Source: Candidatus Omnitrophota bacterium (lineage in GTDB: Bacteria; Omnitrophota; Gorgyraeia; Zapsychrales; Zapsychraceae). From it: DNA of 64,000 nucleotides. Made by a program: the position numbers and the translations under genes. The notes beneath the pieces were generated by a model. That model saw nothing but the letters and a program-made list of their open reading frames with translations. It ran no database searches and was not told the origin of the DNA. The stretch spans positions 551 to 64,550 of the forward strand of contig JAGVNC010000028.1 of the NCBI GenBank assembly GCA_020053475.1, in the 5' to 3' direction. Below are positions 48,996-59,041 of this stretch, one piece after another (position 1 is the stretch's first letter; each line of letters opens with the position of its first letter).

Positions 48996-49976
48996 ATGGA
49001 CGTCATTTTTTATGAAGTTTTTGAAGAAGAAGAGGCAGCGTTAAAAAAAGCTTTACCATCCTCGATTAAAGCTAAATTTATTTCTCAAACAATCCAAGAA
49101 AGTAGCCCCGTCGGCGCACCCCCTTGTTCTCTGATCAGCGTTCGGACCCAATCGATCATTCCATCGGATTGGGCCTCGCCGGGTTCGCCGCTTAAAGGCA
49201 TTTTAAGCCGTTCGCAAGGCTACGATCATTTGGTCAGATACCGCCGAGAAACAGGATTTAAGGGCGCCCTGGGATATTTAGATCATTATTGCGATCGAGC
49301 CGTCGCGGAGCAGGCGCTTCTGATGATATTTGCACTTCTGCGAAAGTTTAACCAGCAGATCAATCAATTTAACGATTTCTCTCGCGACGGATTAACGGGC
49401 AGAGAAATTAATGGCCGGCGCTTATTAGTCGTTGGCGTTGGGCACATCGGCTATCAAATTGTCAATATGGCCAAGGGATTGCGCATGGATGTCAAAGGCG
49501 TTGATATCGATCCGCGATTCGGGGATGTGGAGTATGTGCCGCTCGAACAAGGCTTGGGCTGGGCGGACATTGTGGTCTGTGCGTTGCCTCTCACGGATCA
49601 AACAAAAGGATTGCTTAATTATGCGACGTTTGCGCGAGGGAAGAAAGGAGGCATTTTTATCAATATTTCCCGGGCGGAAATCGCCCCGATTGCCGACATC
49701 AAGCGCTTGTTAGAGGAATGTATTCTCGGTGGTGTCGGCATGGATGTTTATGAAGAAGAAAATTTGCTCGCCACGCGCTTACGTGGACGAAAAGAACACA
49801 AGGGCGCGTCTTCGCAGATCGTCTTATCTTTAAAAGACATGCCCAATGTTATTTTCACGCCGCACAATGCGTTTAACACCCAGGAAGCGTTAGAGCGCAA
49901 AGCGGCGTTAAGCGTTGAAGCAATGACAGCATTTTTTGATAAGGGAACATTCCCTAAAACCGTTCCTTCCGAATAA
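48996..49976 (+). CDS. D-isomer-specific 2-hydroxyacid dehydrogenase family protein, 326 aa.
   Basis: NAD-binding motif VGVGHIGYQIV and a catalytic His/Glu region near the C-terminus. Confidence 0.75.
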   Translation: MDVIFYEVFEEEEAALKKALPSSIKAKFISQTIQESSPVGAPPCSLISVRTQSIIPSDWASPGSPLKGILSRSQGYDHLVRYRRETGFKGALGYLDHYCDRAVAEQALLMIFALLRKFNQQINQFNDFSRDGLTGREINGRRLLVVGVGHIGYQIVNMAKGLRMDVKGVDIDPRFGDVEYVPLEQGLGWADIVVCALPLTDQTKGLLNYATFARGKKGGIFINISRAEIAPIADIKRLLEECILGGVGMDVYEEENLLATRLRGRKEHKGASSQIVLSLKDMPNVIFTPHNAFNTQEALERKAALSVEAMTAFFDKGTFPKTVPSE

Positions 49977-50040
49977 AGAAATTGATTTTTCCCGTTCGAG
50001 TGATTAGAATGAGTTTTTAACCTGCCTATAACCAAAGGAG

Positions 50041-50694
50041 TTGACGATGTTAAAAATTTACGGATCAGATTTATCCTCGCCATCCAATAAGGTTCGTTTC
50101 ACCGCTAACTATTTAGGAATTCCCTACGAGTATATCAAGATCAATTTGCGCGCCGGAGAACATCAAGCGCCGGAATTTTTAAAGATTAATCCCGCCGGGA
50201 AGATCCCCGCGATGGATGACGGCGGCTTTATCCTTTGGGAAAGCGGGGCGATCTGCAAGTATCTGGCCAACAAACAAAAGAGTGATCTTTATCCCGGCGA
50301 ATTCAAAGAACGCGCGATCGTCGATCAATGGCTGGATTTTTCGACGCTGCATGTGGGCATGGCGGTCAGCCGCGTTCTGTATAATCGCGTGTTCGCGGCG
50401 ATGAGGAAAGAAGAGGTGGACGAGCGATCCATCAAAGAGAACTTAAAATTTCTAGAAAGATTCTTTCCGGTTGTCGACCAGCAGCTTGGGAAAAACGCTT
50501 ACTTGACTGGGAACAAATGGACACTCGCCGACATCACGCTTCTTGCGGGATTGGATCCCATCGAAATCGCCCACATTGACATCTCTTCTTACAAAAATAT
50601 CGTTAAATGGCGCAACGGCCTTAAACAAAAAGATTTTTACACCAAATGTTATAAGGAATACGGCGAAGCATTAAAGCAAGCAGCTTCTCGATGA
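50041..50694 (+). CDS. Glutathione S-transferase family protein, 217 aa.
   Basis: N-terminal thioredoxin-like GST fold (IPAMDDGGFILWESGAICKYL). Confidence 0.75.
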   Translation: MTMLKIYGSDLSSPSNKVRFTANYLGIPYEYIKINLRAGEHQAPEFLKINPAGKIPAMDDGGFILWESGAICKYLANKQKSDLYPGEFKERAIVDQWLDFSTLHVGMAVSRVLYNRVFAAMRKEEVDERSIKENLKFLERFFPVVDQQLGKNAYLTGNKWTLADITLLAGLDPIEIAHIDISSYKNIVKWRNGLKQKDFYTKCYKEYGEALKQAASR

Positions 50695-51491
50695 AAGTCG
50701 CCGTTATTCAATTGAACGCCGGCAGCGATAAAGAAAAAAATGTCGAGCGCGCATGTTCTCTGGTTGAGAAAGCGGCCCGCCATCACGCTCAGTTTGTTCT
50801 CTTGCCCGAAGTGTTTGTGTTCCGCGGTATTCAGCCTCCCAAAACATTATGGCGGGACATCGCCGAACCGATTCCTGGCCCGACGATCAAGAGATTAGCA
50901 TCCTTCGCTAGAAAACACGCCATTTTTATTTTGGCCGGATCCATTTTTGAAAAATCTCCCATTCGGGGGAAAGTCTATAATACGTCCGTGTTCATTGACG
51001 ACAAGGGAAAGATTCCCGGACGGTATCGCAAAATGAACCTTTTTCATGCAGCCTTGGGCAAGAAAAAATTTGTCGAATCAAAAATTTTCTTGGCGGGGAA
51101 AAAAGAAACGATGGTTGTGTGCGACGGGTTTAATGTGGGTTTATCCATTTGTTATGATGTGCGATTCCCCGAACTGTACAGGACGTACGGCCGTCTCGGG
51201 GCGGACGTTTTATGCGTTCCGTCGGCATTTACATCCAAAACAGGACAAGCGCATTGGGAACCATTGGTCCGCGCCCGGGCGATCGAAAATTTGTGTTATG
51301 TGCTTGCTCCTAATCAAATCGGCAAAGATAATAGGGGAGTGAAGTGTTTTGGCCATAGCCTAATCGTGGATCCGTGGGGGCATGTGTTGGCGCGCGGCTC
51401 CGGCGGCAAAGAAGAAATTTTGTATGCGCATTTGGATAAAACAGCGATCACCCAGGCGCGGATGACGTTGCCATCAATCCGACGCAAATAA
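50691..51491 (+). CDS. Carbon-nitrogen hydrolase (nitrilase superfamily), 266 aa.
   Basis: Catalytic Glu (LLPEV), Lys (RYRKMNLF) and Cys (SICYDVRFPE) triad context. Confidence 0.8.
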   Translation: MKVAVIQLNAGSDKEKNVERACSLVEKAARHHAQFVLLPEVFVFRGIQPPKTLWRDIAEPIPGPTIKRLASFARKHAIFILAGSIFEKSPIRGKVYNTSVFIDDKGKIPGRYRKMNLFHAALGKKKFVESKIFLAGKKETMVVCDGFNVGLSICYDVRFPELYRTYGRLGADVLCVPSAFTSKTGQAHWEPLVRARAIENLCYVLAPNQIGKDNRGVKCFGHSLIVDPWGHVLARGSGGKEEILYAHLDKTAITQARMTLPSIRRK

Positions 51492-51514
51492 TGTTTTAGA
51501 GAGGGAGACTTGAT

Positions 51515-52510
51515 ATGCCAGAAAAAACTGTTCGTGTGGCGGTCACCGGGGCCGCGGGCCAAATCGGCTATGCGTTGTTGTTTCGCATCGCGTCGGGACA
51601 GATGTTTGGCCCGCAAACAGCCGTGCACTTGCAATTGCTTGAGTTAGAGGCCGCCCTTAATAGCCTCAAGGGGGTTGTCATGGAGCTGGAGGATTGCGCG
51701 TTTCCTTTATTAAAATCCATCACGCCAACATCGGATCCTAATTCCGCATTTAATGATGTGGACTGGGCGATTCTCGTCGGCAGCGTGCCGCGTAAAGCCG
51801 GCATGGAGCGAAACGATTTGTTAAAAATTAACGGAGGGATCTTTACGGTTCAGGGCAAGGCCCTCTCCCAGAACGCCAAGCCAACGTGCAAAGTCCTCGT
51901 CGTGGGAAACCCTTGTAACACGAATGCCTATATTGCGAAAAGTGTCGCTAAGAATATTCCGGCAACAAATTTTTTTGCGATGACGATGTTGGATCAAAAT
52001 CGAGCCGCCGCCCAGATCGCCCAAAAAGCCGGCGTCGATGTTGCCGGGGTGAAGAATGTCGCCATCTGGGGGAATCACTCGTCGACCCAATACCCTGATT
52101 GTGATCATGCCACCATCAATGGCAACCCGGTCGCGGACGTGATTAAAGATGAAGCTTGGCTTAAAACAACGTTTATCAGTGCCGTCCAACAACGCGGGGC
52201 AGACATTATTAAGGCGCGAGGGCTTTCTTCTGCGGCGTCGGCGGCCAATGCGGTCATTGATACGGTGAGAAACTTGATCACTCCAACCCCGGCTGGAGAA
52301 TATTTCTCGGTAGCTGTCAGCTCCGATGGAAGTTATGGCATTGACAAAGGGTTAATGTTCAGCTATCCCACTCGTTCTGATGGGAACAATTGGGAAATTG
52401 TCCAAGGAATTAAGCACCATCGCTTTGCTCAAGAGAAAATTGACGCCACGCATAAAGAACTTTTGGCCGAGCGTGAGGCTGTTGAAAATCTGATCAGCGC
52501 GTTTAAATAA
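51515..52510 (+). CDS. mdh: Malate dehydrogenase (NAD-dependent), 331 aa.
   Basis: [23 protein letters not shown]... is the N-terminus of LDH-like type 2 MDH. Confidence 0.85.
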   Translation: MPEKTVRVAVTGAAGQIGYALLFRIASGQMFGPQTAVHLQLLELEAALNSLKGVVMELEDCAFPLLKSITPTSDPNSAFNDVDWAILVGSVPRKAGMERNDLLKINGGIFTVQGKALSQNAKPTCKVLVVGNPCNTNAYIAKSVAKNIPATNFFAMTMLDQNRAAAQIAQKAGVDVAGVKNVAIWGNHSSTQYPDCDHATINGNPVADVIKDEAWLKTTFISAVQQRGADIIKARGLSSAASAANAVIDTVRNLITPTPAGEYFSVAVSSDGSYGIDKGLMFSYPTRSDGNNWEIVQGIKHHRFAQEKIDATHKELLAEREAVENLISAFK

Positions 52511-52632
52511 TGGAGGAGGAGCAGTTTTTCATGTTTTAGTAAGAATTTTCTTAAAATAACTTGTTTTTTGAAGACCCGCCCATTATACTTATATTTGTAT
52601 CTAAATTTTGTAAATCATTAAAGGAGTCGGAA

Positions 52633-53598
52633 GTGTTAAAAAATAAAAGGGATATGACAAATATCCTGTTTTGCTTATTTTTACTTTTAGGCATTACAGG
52701 CTGCGATCAGATAAGACAAATGAAAGATTATTTTGTAAAACCGCACGAAAAGGCGGCAGAGCCTGTCGCTGTTCCTCAGGCTGTTCAACCTTCCGCAGGT
52801 GTTGTTGAGAAAAAAACCGAAGCGAAAATGGGCCCGGATACGTTGGCTAAGGTGGGCCAGTGGACCATGACCATTGGAGAATTTGAAGATCGTTTAAGCG
52901 CACTCAAAGAGGTGGCACCGGATTTCGACATTGGTAACCCGCAAAACAAAAAAGATATTTTAGAAGAGCTGATCCGCCAAGAACTTCTTGTTCAGGATGC
53001 TGAAAAATCGGGATTGGCATCGCAGAAAGATATTCAAGGCGCCATTGAGGAATTCCGCCGAACGTTGATTATCCGTCAACTGGCCCAACAGCTGACGGAA
53101 GGCGTCGAGGTTACTGATGAAGAAGCCAAAGATTTTTATGAGCGCAATCAACAAAGTATCGTCGAGCCGACGGATTGGCATTTACGCGAAATCGCATTTA
53201 GCGATCAGTTAAAAGCCAACGAAGTTTTAACGGAAATTTTAAAAGGAACGACCGATTTTGCGGAAATGGCCAAAACATATTCCACGAGCCCCTCGGCCCC
53301 TAACGGAGGCGATTTGGGATGGGTTCGTAATGTGGAAGAACTTCCTTTCCCCGAATTGGCCCAGCCATTGTTAACGTTGAAAGCCGGAGAAGTCAGCGGC
53401 GTGCTGAAGCATGAAGATAAATATTACATCGTTAAAGTGGAAGAAATTAAGGGTGGAGAAGCGATTCCTTTTGAAAAAGTGAAAGACCAGATTACGTCAA
53501 ATCAATTACTGCGCAAGCAGCAAGAAATCCTCATCAATTATATTAATAAGTTGCGCGAAGGTGTCTCTGTCGAAGTTAATGAAAGTTTGTTAAAATAA
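52633..53598 (+). CDS. PpiC-type peptidyl-prolyl isomerase (SurA/PrsA-like) lipoprotein, about 321 aa. GTG start with RBS AAGGAG. The ORF track starts 72 nt upstream.
   Basis: Lipobox LLGITGC and the PPIase domain GDLGWVRNVEELPFPELAQPL. Confidence 0.65.
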   Translation: MLKNKRDMTNILFCLFLLLGITGCDQIRQMKDYFVKPHEKAAEPVAVPQAVQPSAGVVEKKTEAKMGPDTLAKVGQWTMTIGEFEDRLSALKEVAPDFDIGNPQNKKDILEELIRQELLVQDAEKSGLASQKDIQGAIEEFRRTLIIRQLAQQLTEGVEVTDEEAKDFYERNQQSIVEPTDWHLREIAFSDQLKANEVLTEILKGTTDFAEMAKTYSTSPSAPNGGDLGWVRNVEELPFPELAQPLLTLKAGEVSGVLKHEDKYYIVKVEEIKGGEAIPFEKVKDQITSNQLLRKQQEILINYINKLREGVSVEVNESLLK

Positions 53599-53677
53599 TT
53601 TTTTATTTACCACGGCGCGTTTGTTAACGGATTTAATATAATGACGATCCTTAAATTTTAGGATCCGGAGGGAGTCT

Positions 53678-54505
53678 ATGAATTTAGAGAATAAAAAACA
53701 AATCGCGACATTGTTGTTAGCGGTGGCACTTGGATTAGCCGCGGCTGTATTTACCAGCGATTATGTGACAAAGAGCATTAATAAACAAACGACCGCGTTG
53801 GCCAAAAATTATGACAAAAAGACGGAAGAGATCAAGAAAGAACTGGCCCTGACACAGAAGGCGTTGGATCAGTTGGCCAAAAATCAAAAAGTCTTGGCCG
53901 ACAGGCCTGCCCAGGTTGCCGCGGGAGGGCCGGAAAGGCAAATGACACCAGCGGGTGTCCTCTCCGCGCGAACACCTCCGGGGAAAAGAGCATTGACCAT
54001 TAATGTCGACACCCTTTCCGCCGTTGGAGGATTATTAAATCCCGGAGACCGCGTCGATATTATCGCTGATTTACAAATTCCCGATTCCCGTGATCCCAAA
54101 GCGGAACCGGATAAAGTCACATCCGTCTTGTTTCAAGATGTCCTTGTCCTTGCCGTAGGAACGAATTTTCAGCCGGTGACAACGGCCGAAGGGTATGATG
54201 CGCGTGCAAAAGCACGTTCGTTACAGATCACCCTGGCCCTAGACCCGGAAGAGGCTTCTTTAATCACGTTTTCCCAGAAATATGGCAAAATGCAACTAAC
54301 GTTGCGCCCACCGTCGGATGAGGGCGTGCAAAATATGGAAGTGGCTTCCTGGGATTCATTGGCCGATTTTGTCTTGGAAAGGCAAGGAACGGAGCTGATT
54401 GTCCCTAGGTCAAAGGCAAGAATTCAAACAGATGATACAGGGAAAAAAGAAACCAAAGACACAGAAGCCTTTATTCAAATTTTTAAGGGAGGCAAAGAGC
54501 AATAA
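53678..54505 (+). CDS. cpaB: Flp pilus assembly protein CpaB/RcpC (SAF domain), 275 aa.
   Basis: N-terminal TM helix and the SAF-like LTINVDTLSAVGGLLNPGDRVDIIADL. Confidence 0.75.
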   Translation: MNLENKKQIATLLLAVALGLAAAVFTSDYVTKSINKQTTALAKNYDKKTEEIKKELALTQKALDQLAKNQKVLADRPAQVAAGGPERQMTPAGVLSARTPPGKRALTINVDTLSAVGGLLNPGDRVDIIADLQIPDSRDPKAEPDKVTSVLFQDVLVLAVGTNFQPVTTAEGYDARAKARSLQITLALDPEEASLITFSQKYGKMQLTLRPPSDEGVQNMEVASWDSLADFVLERQGTELIVPRSKARIQTDDTGKKETKDTEAFIQIFKGGKEQ

Positions 54506-54508
54506 TCG

Positions 54509-56332
54509 ATGGAAACTAAACGAGCGTTTAAAACATTGGCTTTACTGAAGATGAGCGTTGTGATGGGCGCATTTTTCCTTTTGGGTTTATCCGCACCGGC
54601 CCAGGCTCGCGTTGATGCCACAACGAACGAAGTCAACCTTCTTATCGGGGAATTAGAAACCATCGACGTTAAATCATTAACGCGCCTTTCGATTACGGAC
54701 CCCAAAGTGGTTGACATTGTTGAGGCCAAAGAAAGCGAGATTCTGATTATTGCCAAAGCCATCGGGCAAAGCGCTTTATTTGTTTGGGATGAAAACGGGA
54801 AACGCACTGTTCTCGTTAACGTGGCGGCCCAAAACTTAGGATTAATCTCGCAGCGGCTTGAAAAACTTTTTTCCTCGGTCCATATCGACAATGTTACCGT
54901 TGAAGTTAATGGGAAAGAGGGAAAAGTTGTCTTGACCGGTCAAATTTTCGAAGATAAAAAAGATCAGTTTGATCAGGTCATTGCCCCCTTCAATCGAGAC
55001 ATCATTAATCTCGTCAAGGTAGAAAAATCCGAAGATTTAATTGAGGTGGATATCCAGATTACGGAATTAACGACAACCTTGACGAAAGCCATCGGCATCG
55101 ACTGGGCATCTTCCAGCACGGGGCCCTCGATCTCTGGGTTGGGCGCCGGCGGCCTTTTGGCGCCAACATTTTCTGAAAATGTGCCCAGCGTTGATGGATC
55201 AGTGGAAGATCTTTTTAAGATTGGGAATTTTCAACGCACGTATCAGTTGATTGCCATGATTAACGCCTTATTAGAAGAAGGGAAGGCGCGGATCCTCTCT
55301 AAACCGAAGCTTGTTGTCGTCAGCGGAGAAGAAGCCAGTTTTAATGTCGGAGGAGAAATTCCGATCCGTACGACAACCACATCACAAGGTTCTACCCAAG
55401 AAAATGTGACATTTAAGAAATTTGGGATAGGGATGACGATTACGCCTACAATTAAAAAAGGGAAAATTGATTTATTGATGGAAGTTGAAGTTAGCGATAT
55501 TGATTCTGCCAACAAGGTCGGGGACAATGTGGCCTTTACGACACGCAATGCCCAAACAAGATTATATTTAGACAACGGCCAGCCCATCGTCATTGCAGGA
55601 TTGATAAAGAAGCGCGAGTCGGAATTGGTCAAAAAAGTTCCATTTTTAGGAGAAATTCCTATCATTGGGATTTTGTTTAGAAGCAAGTCGACTCCGTCAG
55701 CCAATGAAGACCAGGAACTAGTTATTTCTCTGACGCCGTTAATCCTCAATTCAGAATATAATTCTGCGATGATATCGAAAATTACTCCCCCATTGGAAGT
55801 AGCCGATGAGCCTCAAAAAGAACCAATGGACGATGATGATGTGGTTGCGGATGATGCTGATGATGCTGATGATGTGGATGCCGATGCGGATTTGGATGTG
55901 GATGAAACTGAAGAACCGTTGAGTTGGGATGACGAAACAATGCAAATGGATCCTAGTCCTGCGGTGGCGGCAAATGAAAGTCAATCTTCTACACAAATTA
56001 CTCCTGAAGAAAAATCTTCAGAGAATGATGGCTTTCCTGCGGGGATGAAAGATTATATTCAGGCGATTCAACAGCAGATTTCTAGCACGATCCAATATCC
56101 TCCCGAAGCGGAAGAATATGGTTGGGAGGGAACTGTCAGGCTAGGATTGCTCATCTTACACGACGGGACATTAGCGCTTGCTTCCATCAAGGAGTCCTCA
56201 GGGCATAAAATTTTTGACGAATACGCTCTTAATACGGCCAAAGAATTGGCCCCTTATTTAAGTTTCCCTCCTGAAACAGACCTGCAGGAATTAAATGTTA
56301 CGATTCCCATTGTGTATACCGTGGCCCGATAA
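54509..56332 (+). CDS. cpaC: Tad-type secretin (CpaC/RcpA family), 607 aa, with a polyacidic linker and a C-terminal TonB_C-like domain.
   Basis: Signal peptide and a secretin core (ARILSKPKLVVVSGEEASFNVGGEIPI...LTPLILNS). The acidic run DDDDVVADDADDADDVDADADLDVDETEE is followed by YPPEAEEYGWEGTVRLGLLILHDGTL...SSGHKIFDEYALNTAKE, which matches the TonB C-terminal consensus. Confidence 0.75.
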   Translation: METKRAFKTLALLKMSVVMGAFFLLGLSAPAQARVDATTNEVNLLIGELETIDVKSLTRLSITDPKVVDIVEAKESEILIIAKAIGQSALFVWDENGKRTVLVNVAAQNLGLISQRLEKLFSSVHIDNVTVEVNGKEGKVVLTGQIFEDKKDQFDQVIAPFNRDIINLVKVEKSEDLIEVDIQITELTTTLTKAIGIDWASSSTGPSISGLGAGGLLAPTFSENVPSVDGSVEDLFKIGNFQRTYQLIAMINALLEEGKARILSKPKLVVVSGEEASFNVGGEIPIRTTTTSQGSTQENVTFKKFGIGMTITPTIKKGKIDLLMEVEVSDIDSANKVGDNVAFTTRNAQTRLYLDNGQPIVIAGLIKKRESELVKKVPFLGEIPIIGILFRSKSTPSANEDQELVISLTPLILNSEYNSAMISKITPPLEVADEPQKEPMDDDDVVADDADDADDVDADADLDVDETEEPLSWDDETMQMDPSPAVAANESQSSTQITPEEKSSENDGFPAGMKDYIQAIQQQISSTIQYPPEAEEYGWEGTVRLGLLILHDGTLALASIKESSGHKIFDEYALNTAKELAPYLSFPPETDLQELNVTIPIVYTVAR

Positions 56333-56444
56333 TTCGGATAAATGGGAATTTTCCAATTAGGCAAAAATAAGAAATTATGTTATGATGAAAAACACAGTTT
56401 TTTATCTTTTAAGCCGAACCATTGAATAAGACATCAATCATCTG

Positions 56445-58607
56445 ATGCAGGCAAAAACGATAACAATTTTTAGCAATAAAGGCGGTGTCGGCAAAACATT
56501 TGTCACCGTCAATACCGGCACAGCCATGGCCGTGGCTAACCACAAAGTCTTGATTTTAGATTTTGACTTTCAGGCAGGTCAAGATATGGCGCGGATGTTG
56601 AACATCGCCCCCAAACATGCCTTGGTCGATATTTTCCCCGTCTTGGAATCTTCCGATGATCCGCAGTTGATCTACAAATACGTTTCCGTTCATTCCAGCG
56701 GCGTGCATTTTTTGCCAGCCGTAAAAAATACCCGGCAGATCGGGCATATCACGCCCGACAACATCAAGCCTTTCTTAAAGAAAATAGCCTCCGCTTATGA
56801 TTTTATTCTTATTGACGCGGGAAAATCTTTTAGTGAAACGTTGATAACGGTTTTGGATTATTCCAACCTGATCCTGTTGGTCGCGACGCCGGATATTTTG
56901 GCGGTTTATAACATTAAGTGGTGTTTAGACGTTTTGCAGAGCCTGCAGTTTCCTAACAAAATGGTTAAGCTCGTATTAAACCGTTCCGAAAGCCGCGGGA
57001 GCGTGGCTTGGCAAGAGGTCCGGTCAGCGTTGCCTTGTGAAATTCTGACTCATATCCCTTCCGACGGAAAAACAGTCGGGATGGCTTTAAACCGGGGAAT
57101 TCCTTGCGTGGTCGATGCGCCTAAAAGCCGTGTGGCTGAATCGTTCTTTCGCCTGGCTTCACTTTTCGAAAAAGATGATATGTTTGTTGCGGCGACGGAG
57201 GTTGAGAAACAAAGGACAACGGATGAATTTGCCAAACCCGGGGCTTTTTGGGAAAAATTCGGCATCACCCAAGCCATGGGAATGTCGTTGCCGGGGATTT
57301 CTTTTGCCACGGAAGAAGATGAGGTCATCGTGTTAAAAAGGAAAATTCACGAGAAGCTCGTCAAGCGGCTCAATTTAGACGGGATTACGCCCGAAGCGTT
57401 AAACGATCCGATTGCCGCCCAAGGGATCAAGAGAAATGCCGAAGAGGTCGTGGCCAATATGTTGACGGAAGAGGCGGGCGGGATGCTGGCCGCGCACGAG
57501 GAACGCGTTCGGCTGGTCAAGGATATTGTCAATGAAGCGTTAGGCCTCGGCCCGCTGGAAGATTTTTTGGCGGATCCGGACGTGACCGATATTATGGTCA
57601 ACAGCCGTGATCAGATTTATGTGGAAAAAAGCGGCAAACTTATTTTGACGAATAAAAAATTTATTTCTGATGAAAAAATGCGGTCCGTCATTGAGCGTAT
57701 CATTGCGCCCTTGGGCCGTCGCATCGATGAATCGACACCCATGGTGGATGCGCGCCTTCCTGACGGATCCCGGATCAATGCCATTATCCCCCCTTTGTCC
57801 TTAAATGGCCCGATGATTACCATTCGTAAATTCGGCCAGGAACGTTTGACCGCTGAAGATCTTCAGCACCGATTTCATTCGCTCAATCAAGCCATGCGCG
57901 ATTTTTTGCAAGCTTGTGTTTTAGGCAGAAAGAACATCATTGTTTCCGGTGGAACCGGCGCCGGGAAAACGACATTATTGAATGTCATTTCGGAATTTAT
58001 TCCAGACAACGAACGGTTGATTACCATTGAGGACGCCGCCGAATTGAAGCTGAAAAAAAGCCATTGGGCGAGATTAGAGTCGCGCCCGTCGAACATCGAG
58101 GGCCGCGGACAGGTCACGATCCGCGATTTGTTTATTAACAGTTTGCGGATGCGCCCGGACAGGATTGTCATCGGCGAATGCCGCGGGGCGGAGGTGTTGG
58201 ACATGCTTCAGGCCATGAACACGGGCCACGACGGATCATTAACAACGCTGCACGCCAACTCCACCAAGGACGTTTTAGTCCGGATGCATTCGATGATCCT
58301 GTTAAGCGGGATTGAATTGCCTGTGCGCGCCATCAATGAAATGGTGGCCTCGGCCATTGATATCATTGTCCATGTCGCTCGGTTTTCTGACGGAACCCGG
58401 AAAATAACGGGAATTTCTGAAGTGACGGGGCTCAGTAAAGATTTTCAGTGCGAGCTTGAGGACGTTTTTGTTTTCAAGCAAACAGGCCTCGACAGCGATG
58501 GCAAAATTTTGGGGAGTTATCAGCCGACAGGATATATTCCCATTTGCTATGAAGATTTCGCGACGCGCGGATTACCGATCGATCGAAGTATTTTCTTGAA
58601 GGCTTAA
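56445..58607 (+). CDS. Fused TadZ/CpaE-like ParA-family ATPase (N-terminal) and TadA/CpaF secretion ATPase (C-terminal), 720 aa.
   Basis: N-terminal deviant Walker A FSNKGGVGKTFVTVN. C-terminal GGTGAGKTTLLN plus T2SSE-family motifs (His box TLHANS). Confidence 0.75.
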   Translation: MQAKTITIFSNKGGVGKTFVTVNTGTAMAVANHKVLILDFDFQAGQDMARMLNIAPKHALVDIFPVLESSDDPQLIYKYVSVHSSGVHFLPAVKNTRQIGHITPDNIKPFLKKIASAYDFILIDAGKSFSETLITVLDYSNLILLVATPDILAVYNIKWCLDVLQSLQFPNKMVKLVLNRSESRGSVAWQEVRSALPCEILTHIPSDGKTVGMALNRGIPCVVDAPKSRVAESFFRLASLFEKDDMFVAATEVEKQRTTDEFAKPGAFWEKFGITQAMGMSLPGISFATEEDEVIVLKRKIHEKLVKRLNLDGITPEALNDPIAAQGIKRNAEEVVANMLTEEAGGMLAAHEERVRLVKDIVNEALGLGPLEDFLADPDVTDIMVNSRDQIYVEKSGKLILTNKKFISDEKMRSVIERIIAPLGRRIDESTPMVDARLPDGSRINAIIPPLSLNGPMITIRKFGQERLTAEDLQHRFHSLNQAMRDFLQACVLGRKNIIVSGGTGAGKTTLLNVISEFIPDNERLITIEDAAELKLKKSHWARLESRPSNIEGRGQVTIRDLFINSLRMRPDRIVIGECRGAEVLDMLQAMNTGHDGSLTTLHANSTKDVLVRMHSMILLSGIELPVRAINEMVASAIDIIVHVARFSDGTRKITGISEVTGLSKDFQCELEDVFVFKQTGLDSDGKILGSYQPTGYIPICYEDFATRGLPIDRSIFLKA

Positions 58608-58615
58608 CCCCATCA

Positions 58616-58960
58616 ATGCCGCAGATTTTTAATAAAACAAAGAATACACTCGTTGCTTCCCAGGCCAAAATGGCCCAAAATTTCCTTGCCCGCATGGTCG
58701 GCCTTCTCAACCGGTCTTCGTTGTCCCCCCAAGAAGCCCTGATTATTCCCCATTGCCAATCGATTCATATGTTCTTTATGCGTTTTCCCATTGATGTTAT
58801 TTTCGTGGATAGCGAAAATAAAGTTGTGCATCTTCTAAAGAATATCCGGCCTTTTCAGCTCAGTCCCATCATTTTTTCTTCCTTCTATGCCATCGAAATG
58901 GCTGTGGGCGGCATTGAAACGTCGCGCACAGCGGTTGGCGATTTCCTCTTGCTAGAATAA
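58616..58960 (+). CDS. DUF192 (COG1430) protein, 114 aa.
   Basis: IHMFFMRFPIDVIFVD is the characteristic DUF192 core. Confidence 0.55.
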   Translation: MPQIFNKTKNTLVASQAKMAQNFLARMVGLLNRSSLSPQEALIIPHCQSIHMFFMRFPIDVIFVDSENKVVHLLKNIRPFQLSPIIFSSFYAIEMAVGGIETSRTAVGDFLLLE

Positions 58961-59041
58961 TCCTTCGGTAAAGTGATCGATGGACATTAAAATTGTGCTA
59001 TACTGTATACGAAATGTCCAATCTGAAATAGTTAGGCTCCC

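Noticed and set aside
52561-52632. Upstream extension of the PpiC gene to the ATG at 52561.
   Set aside because: A strong RBS AAGGAG precedes the GTG at 52633, and the lipoprotein signal peptide begins just after it. The extension adds residues with no signal-peptide logic.
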